DNA of 64,000 nt from the human T2T-CHM13v2.0 reference genome, Homo sapiens, in assembly GCF_009914755.1 (NCBI RefSeq), contig NC_060943.1; one strand, 5' to 3'. Made by a program: the position numbers and the translations under genes. Below are positions 1 to 12,998 of this stretch, piece by piece. The notes below the pieces were generated by a model, which saw nothing but the letters and a program-made list of their open reading frames with translations, was not told where the DNA came from and ran no database searches. Each line of letters begins with the position of its first letter. The stretch's first letter is position 1.

Positions 1-1660
1 AAGCTCTTCCTGAACTAAAGCTAAACTGGTTATTTCTCTGTTTTGGATGATTCTGTCTCTAAAACCATGTCCCCCAATGTCATTCCCTAGTAAGCCAGAA
101 TCTGCTCACCCTCTTCTCCCAGAACGGGATAGACAGCTTGGGCTGGGAGACAGAGAGAGACCTGAGGCTGGAGGCAGAAGTTGGTGGTCCCTCTGTGCAG
201 ATCCCACCTGAAGAAACAGCCCCAATAGACTGTGTTCTTCTTTTCCACTCTGCTTGGAAAGAGTCACCTGAGGATTTATGCATTCAGCTCTCATGAATGC
301 TCAGAGACGAGTCCCCGGTAACTCATGATCCCCAAGATCTCCACTAGTTCTGCCACCCGGGATCCACATTGACATATGTGGGAAGATGCACAGCTGCTTC
401 ATCAGAGGCGCTACTGTGTGAGGAGGAACCTTCCCATGCACAGAAGGCCACATGCATGTTCACAGCTCAACACCCAGTCACATCGCAGCACACACACCCA
501 CAGTCACACAGAGCCACGCCAATCACTGAGTCACACAGGCCTGCTCACTGTGCATATAAAGATGCTCATGCACTGGTACGGCTGTGTTCACACTCACACA
601 TCACAGTCATGAAGACAAAGCACAATCACCCCCTTACATTCACTCACACACTCCCCCATCCTGGTGGGCTAATCATGTCCCACCTAAAGTCACATCGTCT
701 CAGCAGAGTTTCCTCTCCTCAGACATCATCACATGCCCACAGAGGGTTACACTGATCCAGCGTTCACACACCACACCCCACAAGCATCTCAGATACCATT
801 ACCCCAGTGTCTCTCTTCCACACCCCTACCATTCTCAGTAAATCATTCACAATGGAAATGTTCATATTTTCATCTCATAAAATCTCTCTTTCCTTTTTTA
901 GGGTGACCTGAGATTATTGAAGGCTGTGCCTTTTCAACTCATGGGTAACAGTGATATTGTTGTCTCCCTCTGGGTGACTCTTCTGAATTGTGTCCAGTAT
1001 TCTGTGTGAATCTCTTGGAGTTGAAGCATTTAAATGATCCCTGTCAGCCCTGCCCTTTGGCTTCATTCCTGATTCCAGCCACCCTCCAGCAAGATTCCCC
1101 TGCAGAGTGAGAAGGGATGGAGTGTCAGAAACAGACTCAGTCACAACCACACCTGTTTGCAACCCTATGTCTGTGATGCAGCAGAAATGACAGTGAGGGG
1201 GGTACCAGGGGAAGGAAGGGGTCACCAGGGTAATGTGCAGATCCGGATGATGGAGTTAGGGTGAGGGGTTGTGAAGTCCAGCCTCCATGCTTCTCATGAA
1301 GCCTTTCCTCCACTGTGCAGAATTCACCTGGAATGAGTGAATTTTTCTCACTTGTGCGATATTTTAAAAATGGGAATTCTTAAGGCAAAACAGCCAGCCC
1401 TGGAAAAAAAATTCTCTCATTCTCTTCCAGAGGTTCTGGGAGACCATAGACCTTGATCCTCAACAGGACCTGGGGAGAGAGGTAGAGAGAGTCTCTGTGT
1501 CATCCTGACTCCATCCAGGCCCGTTGCCTTTGCCAGGTGAGGGCCATTCATACTCCATCTCTCACACACCTGGGCTCCATCCACACTCTCTCATTTTTCT
1601 CTGGGTGTCCATGTGCAATAAAATCTCAGAGACTCAGATTCTGGGAGAAAGGTGAGATTC
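1..1660 (-). pseudogene. CLC-like galectin pseudogene, 5' part (intron 1, dead exon 1 at 943-957, promoter)
   Basis: Colinear similarity to CLC 9305-10938. The exon-1 homologue reads ATA TCA CTG TTA CCC|atgagt versus CLC ATG TCC CTG CTA CCC|gtgagt, so both the start codon and the splice donor are lost. Any further exons would lie left of the window. Confidence 0.85.
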
Positions 1661-3543
1661 CTAAGTCTAGCGCTTGATTTGTGTGCTACTTAGCTCAAAA
1701 CCTGCATGAAGACAGGGACAGGTGCAGGTGATCAGACTTCAGCTACAACGCAGTCTTCACTTGGGGTGGAGGACTCAGGACCCCTCCTCAAGTTCTCTTT
1801 TTGTTATAACAGAAAACATCCTTAAAATCTGTATAGGAATTTAAAGAAGAAATGAATTCAAATCCCTCTCCCTCCCTCCTTTCTTTTTATTTTACTCTTC
1901 AGTTTTATTGACTGTGAATTTAAACTATTTTTGAAAACTTCATCCAAGTTAACAAAAAATGTATATTATGATAAATTCATGATTAAACTAGCACTCATTT
2001 AGCCACCACAATTGTACTCGTGGCTTGTTGCTAACACACATGGACTCCTATGTGTCCCTTCCTTATCACGTGACCTTCTTGCCCCTACTGGCAACCATGC
2101 TCCTGCCTTTCTTTTTTGCTTTGCTTTCATTTTATTACTTTGTTTAATTTTGCCTGTAGGTGTTTATCTTGGATTTTTTTTATTGGGTCATGCATCTTTT
2201 CTAAAACATTTCTGTTTTTAGGATTCATCTATGTTGCCGTGTGGAGCTATAGATCCTTCCTTTTCACTTATCTCCACTCTGGAGTTTTATAAATTGGCCA
2301 AGACATACTCAGCAGTTTACTCTTGATAGATATTGAATGACTTCTAGCTTGAGGCTATTGAAACATTGCCTTCTCTGCAAAATTATCCTGATCTCCTCAT
2401 GCCGATAATTTCTTATTTCAAGGAGAGTGGCCAAAAAGCCAATTGAAACCCTGAAATGTCAAGAAAGTGTCTGCCTTTCTGACTGGTGAATAGAAATAAA
2501 TTGTCCAAAATAAGCACAGAGACCTACTGGGAAGACAGGGATCAAGACACTCTGAGGATTAAAGTCTTTAAAGCATTTCAGATGGAGGGGGCTGGCCCAG
2601 AATTCTCCCCAAATGAGACACTCCAGGGAGAACATTTACTCTCGATAAGGCTGGGGCATCCGGAGGGGTTTTCTGAGATCAATGGTTAGGATTTACTGGG
2701 TGAGGGGAGAGTGGAAATGGAGGTGTCCTAACCTTGTGTGTGTGGGTGGAGATGAATGAGGCCTACAGGAGAGACCATCAGTGAGAGCTGTCATTGTGTG
2801 CCCTGATCAAAGGGTTTGCCTTCTATCCGTCTATGACCAAGATTTACACTCTGTAAAGTAGTATCTCCCCTTTTCACTGTTTGAGCCTACAGCTTCTTCT
2901 CTGTGAGTGACTTTTTCCTTTCTCGGTTTGCAAAGAGGATGGGAGAAGGGCATGGTCACCCATGAGCATTCTTTAAATGAACAAATCAGATTTCTGCATC
3001 TGGGCTCTACCTTTCGAGAAATGGTGTTGTATACCCCTTGTTCCTGAACTGAGGGGACGAGCATATGAGTTTCTTTCTCTGGAGATTTTCTTCTTGGCAT
3101 TTTTCCTAGTAAAGTGAAGGGACATATGAGATTTGGAGTTCAGGTAGGGTAATGGGAGCCCCCAAGTGTTCCTACTCCTCTGTTTTCAGTGTAAAGAGTG
3201 AGGTTCCTACTCAGTTCTGCTCAGCTCAGACCCAGCCCCACCCACCCTGTCATGGATCAGTTATTCAAGCCCCCAGTCCCATTGCTTACACCTCAGTGAC
3301 TCATATGAAATTGGGTAGGGTTGGTTCAGAGTGTCTGACATATAGTCGATGCTATAGAAGGATGTGGTTGCTAATGCCTTCTCAGACATTTCAGTGGCCT
3401 TTTCACTTACTTTTTGTGTCTCAGGAAGATTTATCCTCCTTGACTTGTTCACACCATCTATAAAATCCCCCAAGCCCTCTTGATGATGACCACTTTTTCT
3501 CCCCATGAAAGCAAGAACCAAATTCTGTGAAGTTTGATTAAGT

Positions 3544-3549
3544 TTTAAT
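3544..3549 (-). terminator. CLC: CLC polyadenylation signal ATTAAA
   Basis: ATTAAA on the minus strand about 105 nt after the stop codon. Confidence 0.7.
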
Positions 3550-3652
3550 GAGCAGGAGTAAGGATTGAAGTGAGAAAAGATCATGCTGTTAGCTGGCTTT
3601 GGAATCCCAAGTTCACGTAGAGACAGGGATTCCTTGGCAACATGAAGTCTGG

Positions 3653-3778
<126 letters not shown>

Positions 3779-4302
3779 CTACAGAAGGAAAAAAATACAT
3801 CAGAAAGACAGTATTTCACCAAACAAGCTTTCAGCCTGCTCTCTATGGTGTCATAGTACCTGAAACATCCAACCAGAAAATGCCTCATTATATATCTGAA
3901 CCCAGTAGACACACTTCTTTTTTACAGACTACCTGTTGTAACTATCTGAGACAGTTGCTCACTGTATTTTCAATGTTTCCTCTCATTTCTCCAGTGAGGC
4001 TCTGTCACTCTGTGTCACATGGGCCATATTTGCTCAGCCTTCCCTCTATCCTGGAAGATCTCCAAGGCCAGGGACTGTGTTTCATAAACTTGAATCCCTG
4101 CATCTTGCACAGGGCCAGCCACAGGGTAAGTGCTCAACAATGTCCACTGAATGCACACATTTCAGCTACATAAATTATGACTGCTATTTGCTGCTGATGA
4201 CCCAGTTTCTCTCTGGAATTGCTCATATTTGAGCTAGTGGCGGCAAGGAATGTAACTCAAGTGTTCTTAGAGAGGTGGGGCTGGATTAATGTTACAAAAC
4301 AT

Positions 4303-5510
4303 AGGATATTATCTTTATTTATTTTTTTTATGGTTATTAAATTCTTTATTTATTTATTTTTTTTTATTATACTTTAAGTTTTAGGGTACATGTGCACATT
4401 GTGCAGGTTAGTTACATATGTATACATGTGCCGTGCTGGTGCGCTGCACCCACTAACTCGTCATCTAGCATTAGGTATATCTCCCAATGCTATCCCTCCC
4501 CCCTCCCCCCACCCCACAACAGTCCCCAGAGTGTGATATTCCCCTTCCTGTGTCCATGTGATCTCATTGTTCAATTCCCACCTATGAGTGAGAATATGCA
4601 GTGTTTGGTTTTTTTGTTCTTGCGAGAGTTTACTGAGAATGATGATTTCCAATTTCATCCATGTCCCTACAAAGGACATGAACTCATCATTTTTTATGGC
4701 TGCATAGTATTCCATGGTGTATATGTGCCACATTTTCTTAATCCAGTCTATCATTGTTGGACATTTGGGTTGGTTCCAAGTCTTTGCTATTGTGAATAAT
4801 GCCGCAATAAACATACGTGTGCATGTGTCTTTATAGCAGCATGATTCATAGTCGTTTGGGTATATACCCAGTAATGGGATGGCTGGGTCAAATGGTATTT
4901 CTAATTCTAGATCCCTGAGGAATCGCCACACTGACTTCCACAATGGTTGAACTAGTTTACAGTCCCACCAACAGTGTAAAAGTGTTCCTGTTTCTCCACA
5001 TCCTCTCCAGCACCTGTTGTTTCCTGACTTTTTAATGATTGCCATTCTAACTGGTGTGAGACGGTAAACGTTAGACCTAAAACCATAAAAACCCTAGAAG
5101 AAAACCTAGGCATTACCATTCAGGACATAGGCATGGGCAAGGACTTCATGTCCAAAACACCAAAAGCAATGGCAACAAAAGCCAAAATTGACAAATGGGA
5201 TCTAATTAAAATAAAGAGCTTCTGCACAGCAAAAGAAACTACCATCAGAGTGAACAGGCAACCTACAAAATGGGAGAAAATTTTCGCAACCTACTCATCT
5301 GACAAAGGGCTAATATCCAGAATCTACAATGAACTCAAACAAATTTACAAGAAAAAAACAAACAACCCCATCAAAAAGTGGGCGAAGGACATGAACAGAC
5401 ACTTCTCAAAAGAAGACATTTATGCAGCCAAAAAACACATGAAAAAATGCTCATCATCACTGGCCATCAGAGAAATGCAAATCAAAACCACTATGAGGAT
5501 ATTATCTTTA
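4303..5510 (-). mobile_element. 5'-truncated, 5'-inverted (twin-primed) young L1, L1PA2-like, in CLC intron 3
   Basis: 15-bp TSD AGGATATTATCTTTA (4303-4317 / 5496-5510). Minus-strand ORF2 end and 3'UTR at about 4345-5065, inverted ORF2 piece at about 5065-5497. The 3'UTR diagnostic triplet is GAG, not ACA/ACG. Confidence 0.9.
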
Positions 5511-6379
5511 ACAGCCTATAAACATAGAAAAACACCTCTGACTTTAATCTGAATAAAATGTGAATGTTTTGGCCTACCCATTTGAAACGTCAGAAAGTTT
5601 GATCACATTCTTTATTACTGAGGCTACACAGGGAGTCATATTTTAGGTTTCATTCTCAAATTTAAAATCCATACAACTTTGAACCAGTTATTCCTTTTCT
5701 TTATAATCATGTTCCAATATAAATAGGGAAAAGTTGGCAATGACAAAAGGGTTGATTAGAAAGCTTAATACAGTAACATTTGTGAGAGCAAAACATTGGA
5801 AACCAACTCAGTGCTCTTGTAAAGGGTCAAGTACAGCAAGTTGAGGAAATCCTTCTAGGGGAATATTATGTAATCCTTAAAAAAATGAGGCAGCACCATG
5901 GATAGATTATTTCTCCAATATATATTCTTTGAGTACAACTCAACTGTCATTCCTAAAGTGTAATGTGTAGGGACATTGATACCAGCATTTGTTTAAAAAC
6001 AAATAAAAGTGTATATATGGGTGTATGTATATGCTTCTATAAGGATAGACTATCTATGGAAGAAGAGTAGAGAAGCTAGTAATATTGTTCTGAGGATTGG
6101 GATTGAGGAGTGAGAAGAAGTCTTCATATTGGACTGACTAAAACAATTTTATTCATGTGTATATCTTATCCATTTAGCTACATGAAAATTTAAATAACAT
6201 CATAAGGGGAAGATAGAGGATATTCTCCATTTGGGGAAAATGGCAAGTGAACCGACATTGACCCTGGTCAGGTATGGGAAAAGAGCTGAGGATGGCAGTG
6301 CAAGGAGAGGTGATGGCAGAGCAAGCAACAACACCTGTTGAATGAGAGAGGGAAATGATAAAAGTAAAGGGAACCCCTG

Positions 6380-6894
<515 letters not shown>

Positions 6895-7274
6895 TCATTG
6901 TGGGGCTGCTTCAGCTCCTTGTGTTCTCCATGGGTGGAAAGAGATGCTCCAGCCCTCTTCCACAGATGGAAACTGAGCCATAGTCACTGACTTGGTCATA
7001 TGAATTGCCCATTTTCTGAATATTCTATGCCCTTTAATAGATAAAGTGTCACAGCCCCAAGCCTTGAGTGTCCTTTACTCCTAGACCCATGACTAGCCCC
7101 CAGTGCAGCTGCTGTAGGTTTTGTTCCTGGTGCTGGAGGGTCTCCAGGACCTGCACATTCATGGCACTTCCATCCTGCCAACTAGACTTTCCACATGATT
7201 CACACATGAGGTCACCCCCTTAGAAAATATTCTTCCTCTTCTCCACCTCCCATCTTTGCACCATGGAGTACTCA

Positions 7275-7442
<168 letters not shown>

Positions 7443-7613
7443 TCAAGCAGTAGACTCAGGCCTCCCTGCTCCCACCCTACCTCAGTCAGGACCCCTTATT
7501 TTTCAAAACAATGGGGCCCATGGTTAAGAGCAGAGCTTCAGAAACTGAGCTACCTCAATTAGATCCTTTATTGTGCTGACTACTAGCAGTGAGATGTTAA
7601 CATGTTTTGAACC

Positions 7614-7890
7614 TTTTTTTTAGACAGGGTCTAATTGAATCACCCAGGCTGTAGTGAACTGGCACAATCACAGCCCACTTCAACCTCAACCTCCCAGGCT
7701 CAAGCCATCCTCTCAATTCAGTTTCTTGAGTAGCTGAGACTATTGGTCCACACCCAGCTAATTTTATATGTATTTGGAGAGTTGGGGTTTCACGATGTTG
7801 CCCAGGCTGGTCTGGAGCATCTAGGCTCAAGGGATCCTCTTGTCTCAGCCTCCCAAACTCCTAGATTACAGGGGTGAGCCACTTTGCCCA
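7614..7890 (-). mobile_element. Alu (old, AluJ-like)
   Basis: Diverged antisense Alu dimer. Confidence 0.85.
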
Positions 7891-8704
7891 ACCAGCAAGG
7901 GGACCTTAGATCTGTTGCTTAAACTCTCCCTGCCTCAGTTTTCCCAATACAAAGATGATAATCCGAAATACCTACTTTGTATCATGTTTTCAGTTATACA
8001 GTAGTTAATAGATGTAAACCCTTTAGCCTAAACCCTGGCAAGTATAGGGCCTGTTGGGGGTCCTCTATCTGAACAAGGAGGGTCCTTGTGGAACACTGAC
8101 CTGCGATCATCTTCAATTCTGAAACTGTGAAAACAAGATGTGAGGATGTAACAGTAGAGAGATTCACTCCAGTAAGAAACAACAACTTTGGGTTAGTTTC
8201 AATTTGAGAACAGCTACACATAATGACACTATAAACATTTCTGTATAGGATTTTCCATAAACTAAAGTGTTTACTTGGCTAAAATCTGGTGAGTAAAGTG
8301 TTTCTGTTTGTTTGGTGATTTTATGTTTAATTTTATGGGAATACCAAAGGATTTTCCAATGTAGCTATATCATTTTACATCCCTCCAAGCATCGTTTGAC
8401 TGTTTCAGGTACTCTGCATCTTTTCTAACTTGAGATTGTGAGTTTTATTTTTTATTATCATTTTAACCACCAAAAAAAAAAAAAAAGAAAGAAACAACAC
8501 TTGTTGAAAGAGAGAGGGAAACGAACAGGAAAGAACAGGAAACCCCTGTGCGTGGGAGGCACATACATCACAATCATCATGGGCAATGGACATCTTTCCC
8601 AGAAGGGGCACACATTGCTGAGAGCACAACCGCAGTACTTGCACAAATGAAGATTGTGGGTCAGGGAAGTTATTGGCTAGAATCTATAAATGGATGGTAT
8701 TTTT

Positions 8705-9275
<571 letters not shown>

Positions 9276-10213
9276 CAGCAAACATCTTGATGAATATCCA
9301 CTGTAAGCTCTGCCTTGTACCTTCCTGGTTTTGGGTGATTCAGTCTCTTAAATCAAGTCCCTCAATGTCCTTCTCTAGCATCCTGGCACTCAATGGGAAG
9401 GCCAGGCTAGGGTAGGAGACAGGGAGAGACCTGAGGCTGGAGGCAGGAGCCAGTGGTCACTGTGTGCAGATTCCACCTAAGGAACCATCAGCCCCATCAT
9501 CTGTTTCTCACCCCCATTCTGCTTGGGAAAAGGCACCTGAGAATTCATGCATTCTGCTCTCATAAATGCTCAGAGATAAGTCCTCGGTAACTCAAGGGCC
9601 CCAAGATCCCACAAGTTCTGTCACCGGGGATCCACAGTGATGCACAAGGGAAGTTAGACAGAGTACTGCTATGTGGGGAGGAACCTTCACATGCACAGAA
9701 GGCCACATGCATGTTCCCAGTTCAACACCCAGTCACATTCCAGCACACACACTCACAGTCACACAGAGCCGTGCCACTCACTGAGTCACACACACCTGCT
9801 CACTGTGCATATAAAGATGCTCATGCACTGGTCCGGCTGTGCTCACACACACACTCACATCACAGTCATGAAGACAAAACACAGTCACCTGATTACAATC
9901 ACTTACACACCCACCCATATCCTGGAGGGCCATACACATCCCGTCTAAAGTCACATCATTTTTAGCAGAGTTTACTCTCATCAGACACCATCACATGCTC
10001 ACAGAGGGTCACAATGTTCCAGCATCCACACCCCCTACCCCCCTACCCCAGGAGCATCTCAGATACCATAGCCCTAGGGTCTCTCTTCCACACACCCACA
10101 ACTCTCAGTAAAGCATTCACAGTAGAAATTTTCATATTTTCATCCCATAAAATCTCCCTCTTCCCTTTTCTGTGTGACCTGAGATTATTGAAGGCTGTGC
10201 CTTTTTAACTCAC

Positions 10214-10228
10214 GGGTAGCAGGGACAT
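10214..10228 (-). CDS. CLC: Galectin-10 exon 1 coding part (MSLLP)
   Basis: acaacaATGTCCCTGCTACCC|gtgagt. Confidence 0.96.
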
Positions 10229-10294
10229 TGTTGTCTCCTTCTGGGTGGCTCTTCTGAATTGTGTCCAGACTTCTGTGTGAATCTCTGAGCTGCA

Positions 10295-10515
10295 GAATTT
10301 AAATGGCCCCTATCAGCCCTGCCTCTGGCTTTATTCCTGATTCCAAGCCCCTCCCAGGAAGGTTTCCTCACACAGTGAGAAGGGGTGGGGTGTCAGAAAC
10401 AGACTCAGTCACAACCACACCTGTTTGGAGGCCTGTGCCTGTGATGCAGCAGAAACGACAGTGAGGGAGGTACTGGAGGAGGAAGGGGTCACCAGGGAAA
10501 TGCACAGATAAAGAC
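10295..10515 (-). promoter_or_regulatory. CLC: CLC proximal promoter
   Basis: TATA-like TTTAAA 10298-10303, GATA 10310-10315 and 10506-10511, ETS CAGGAAG 10355-10361, GT-box GGGGTGGGG 10382-10390, RUNX AACCACA 10413-10419. Confidence 0.7.
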
Positions 10516-10979
10516 GATGGAGTGAGGATGAGTGGTGTGAGTTCCAGCCTCCATGCTTCTCATGAAGCCTTTTCTCCACTGTGCAGAATCTACCAGGAAG
10601 GTGTGCGTTCTCCTAACCTGTGCAATGGTAAAAAGCTGGAGATCCTGGGGGCAAGGCACTTGGCTTTGAAAGAAAATCCTCCTCCTCCTTCTCCAGTGGT
10701 TCTGGGAGAGCATAGATCTTGATCATTCGCAGGACCTGGGGACAGAAGTAGAGAAAACACTTGTGTCTTCTTTACCCACCCTCAGATCCCTTGGCTCTGC
10801 CAGGTGAGAGCCACTCCCACTCTGTCTCTCAGACACCTGGGCTTTAGGTACGCCCTCTTATTTCCCTATTTCTTTTCATGTGAATCAAAATCTGAGGCTG
10901 TCGTTCTCCTGCAGATTCTTGGAGAAAGGTGAGATTTCTCACTCATAAGTGGGAGCTAAGCGATGAGGATGCATTAGCA

Positions 10980-11400
10980 TTAATATTAGTTGTGCTTGAC
11001 CCGACAATAAATTCCACTTTCCCTGATCTAAAACCTTGACAATTGATTTCCAAGCATGCACTCCAAGATTCTGCTCATATAAATCAGCACAATCACACAG
11101 TTCTTTTGGTATATAACGTATTTCCTTAAGATTAATTTGTAATGTCATCCCACTGCATTCCTTGGGTTTTGACTCTGGGTATGGACATGGAAGCAATGAA
11201 AAGGGTCAGAGGCCACAATTAAGGAGCTTTGGAAACCCCGTTCTAGGCAACCACCCTCACACCCTGCCCAGAACTGTAGCTTGTAAGAAATTACCACAGA
11301 AGGGAAAGAGGAACTGCTTTTCCTTGCAACAGATATGCAATAGAATTTTGAGTAATATCCCAGCTATTCATCTGAACTGGGGAAGAAATATCAGTTCAGG
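10980..11400 (-). mobile_element. Degraded ERVL-family internal (gag-like) fragment
   Basis: ORF 10939..11196 peptide EIRYIPKELCDCADLYEQNLGVHAWKSIVKVLDQG resembles ERVL gag (about EVRYTPKEL...WEWILRVWDNG, from recall). Confidence 0.55.
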
Positions 11401-12998
11401 GCGTCTGGCCACCTAGTAAGCTGTGGATAAAGATGTTGATGTTATTTACTTCTCAGGCATTCCAGCAATCCTTTCAGTGATGCAGAGAGATTGATCTTCT
11501 TTAACTTCCATATCCTCTGCACAATAGCCCATACTTCTGCTGGTTGCAACTATTTCTTCAGAAATCCATTATGCCCTACGACTTGCTTTCAGTCTTTCTT
11601 TTCAACTACATCTTTCCAAGCACACACTGTTCCCCCGAAAAACTTTAGGTTTTGTGTATGAAATTATATAATATCTGGGATTTGCTCTAAAATAATCTGG
11701 GGATGACAGTTCTCTCCTTTTGCAAACATTTGAAATTTTTTACAGTACAGTTTTTAATTAAGTAGCCAGTATATAGACTATATATAAAAGAAAAACAAAA
11801 TTATCAGTACTGGCATGGCTATATCTTCAAGAAATGCTGTAGTATGAAAAGGCATGAAGAAAACATGCATAATACGAGACCAATTATTTTAACGACAAAA
11901 AAATAAAATTGATCTCATAAGTACACACAAACATTCATAAATGCACTAGAAAATGTCAAAAGAAGGCATTCCTTGTAGGGGGGGACACTGGGTTTAGAAG
12001 AAATGAGGTCAAGGTATAAATCTGTAATGTTTGAATTTTACCCACAAGAAGGTATTATATTACTTAAATGATTTGTATAAACATTTTAAAAATAAAGGTC
12101 ATAATACAGTTAAAATTTTTAAAAAATTTAATCACAGTTTGGAACCCAGCAACCATGCTTCTTGTTACAGAGCACTCTTTCTATTTTGTGTTCTGTTTTT
12201 CCTGTTCCTCCAGCGATGTTCTAACACTCTATACAGCAAGGTGGGTTTGCTCAGTCACCTCTCTATCCTGGAACATCCCTGCACCACATAAATTGCCTGT
12301 CACAAGGTAAGTGCTCAATAAATATTCATTGAATGCATAACTTTCAGTGCCATGGTTTTATGCCATGTAGTGATAACCGGTGTTTTCTTTTAAGAAGATC
12401 CGCATTTATTCCCTTTCTCCTTCCCTCCCTCCCTTCCTTTCTTTTATACAGAAACATCAGTGTGATTCCTGGCCTTTGTCTTTCCATCACACTCTTCACA
12501 TGACTGACAGGACAACCCCATGCCTCTACTCTCACAGAATAGCCATAGCATGGCCACTTCTCATTGTCTGCCAGTTCACTGACAGCAGCTTTGTGTTTAC
12601 TACTAAGTGTCTGGCTCACAGCAGATGCTCGATAACTCCATTTCTAAGAAATAAATATCTCTTCCTGTAACTTCTTCCTGCAATTCAAACCAGAGAGTAT
12701 TTCTCAGGAATTATCAGTTGATTGAGTGGCAAGGTATGTCTGGACTATGCATTTCATTTGAATCTATTAATAGTTTTATGGCTAGAAGAGAAAATGAAAC
12801 AAAAATGGATTTTCAGCTGGGTGGAAAAGTTCAGTCAGTAGAACAAGTGAGGGAACATTCTGGGGAACAGATGCAGAGTGTGGGCAGGCTGTCATTATGA
12901 GTGTGACAGTGTTTACCAGCTGAGCTGACCTTTGTTCTGATGAAAATCTTGTAATTCACTATCCAAATATCAATTATATCTTTGACATACAAAAAAAA

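Noticed and set aside
369-841. His/Thr-rich ORFs (128, 78 and 85 aa) with apparent homologues at 9673-9965
   Set aside because: They come from CA-rich intron-1 DNA duplicated between CLC and its pseudogene, on the antisense strand, and the frames are not conserved
4461-5552. Divergent 194-aa and 139-aa ORFs as a gene pair
   Set aside because: Both are L1 ORF2 C-terminal pieces from one inverted, truncated insertion
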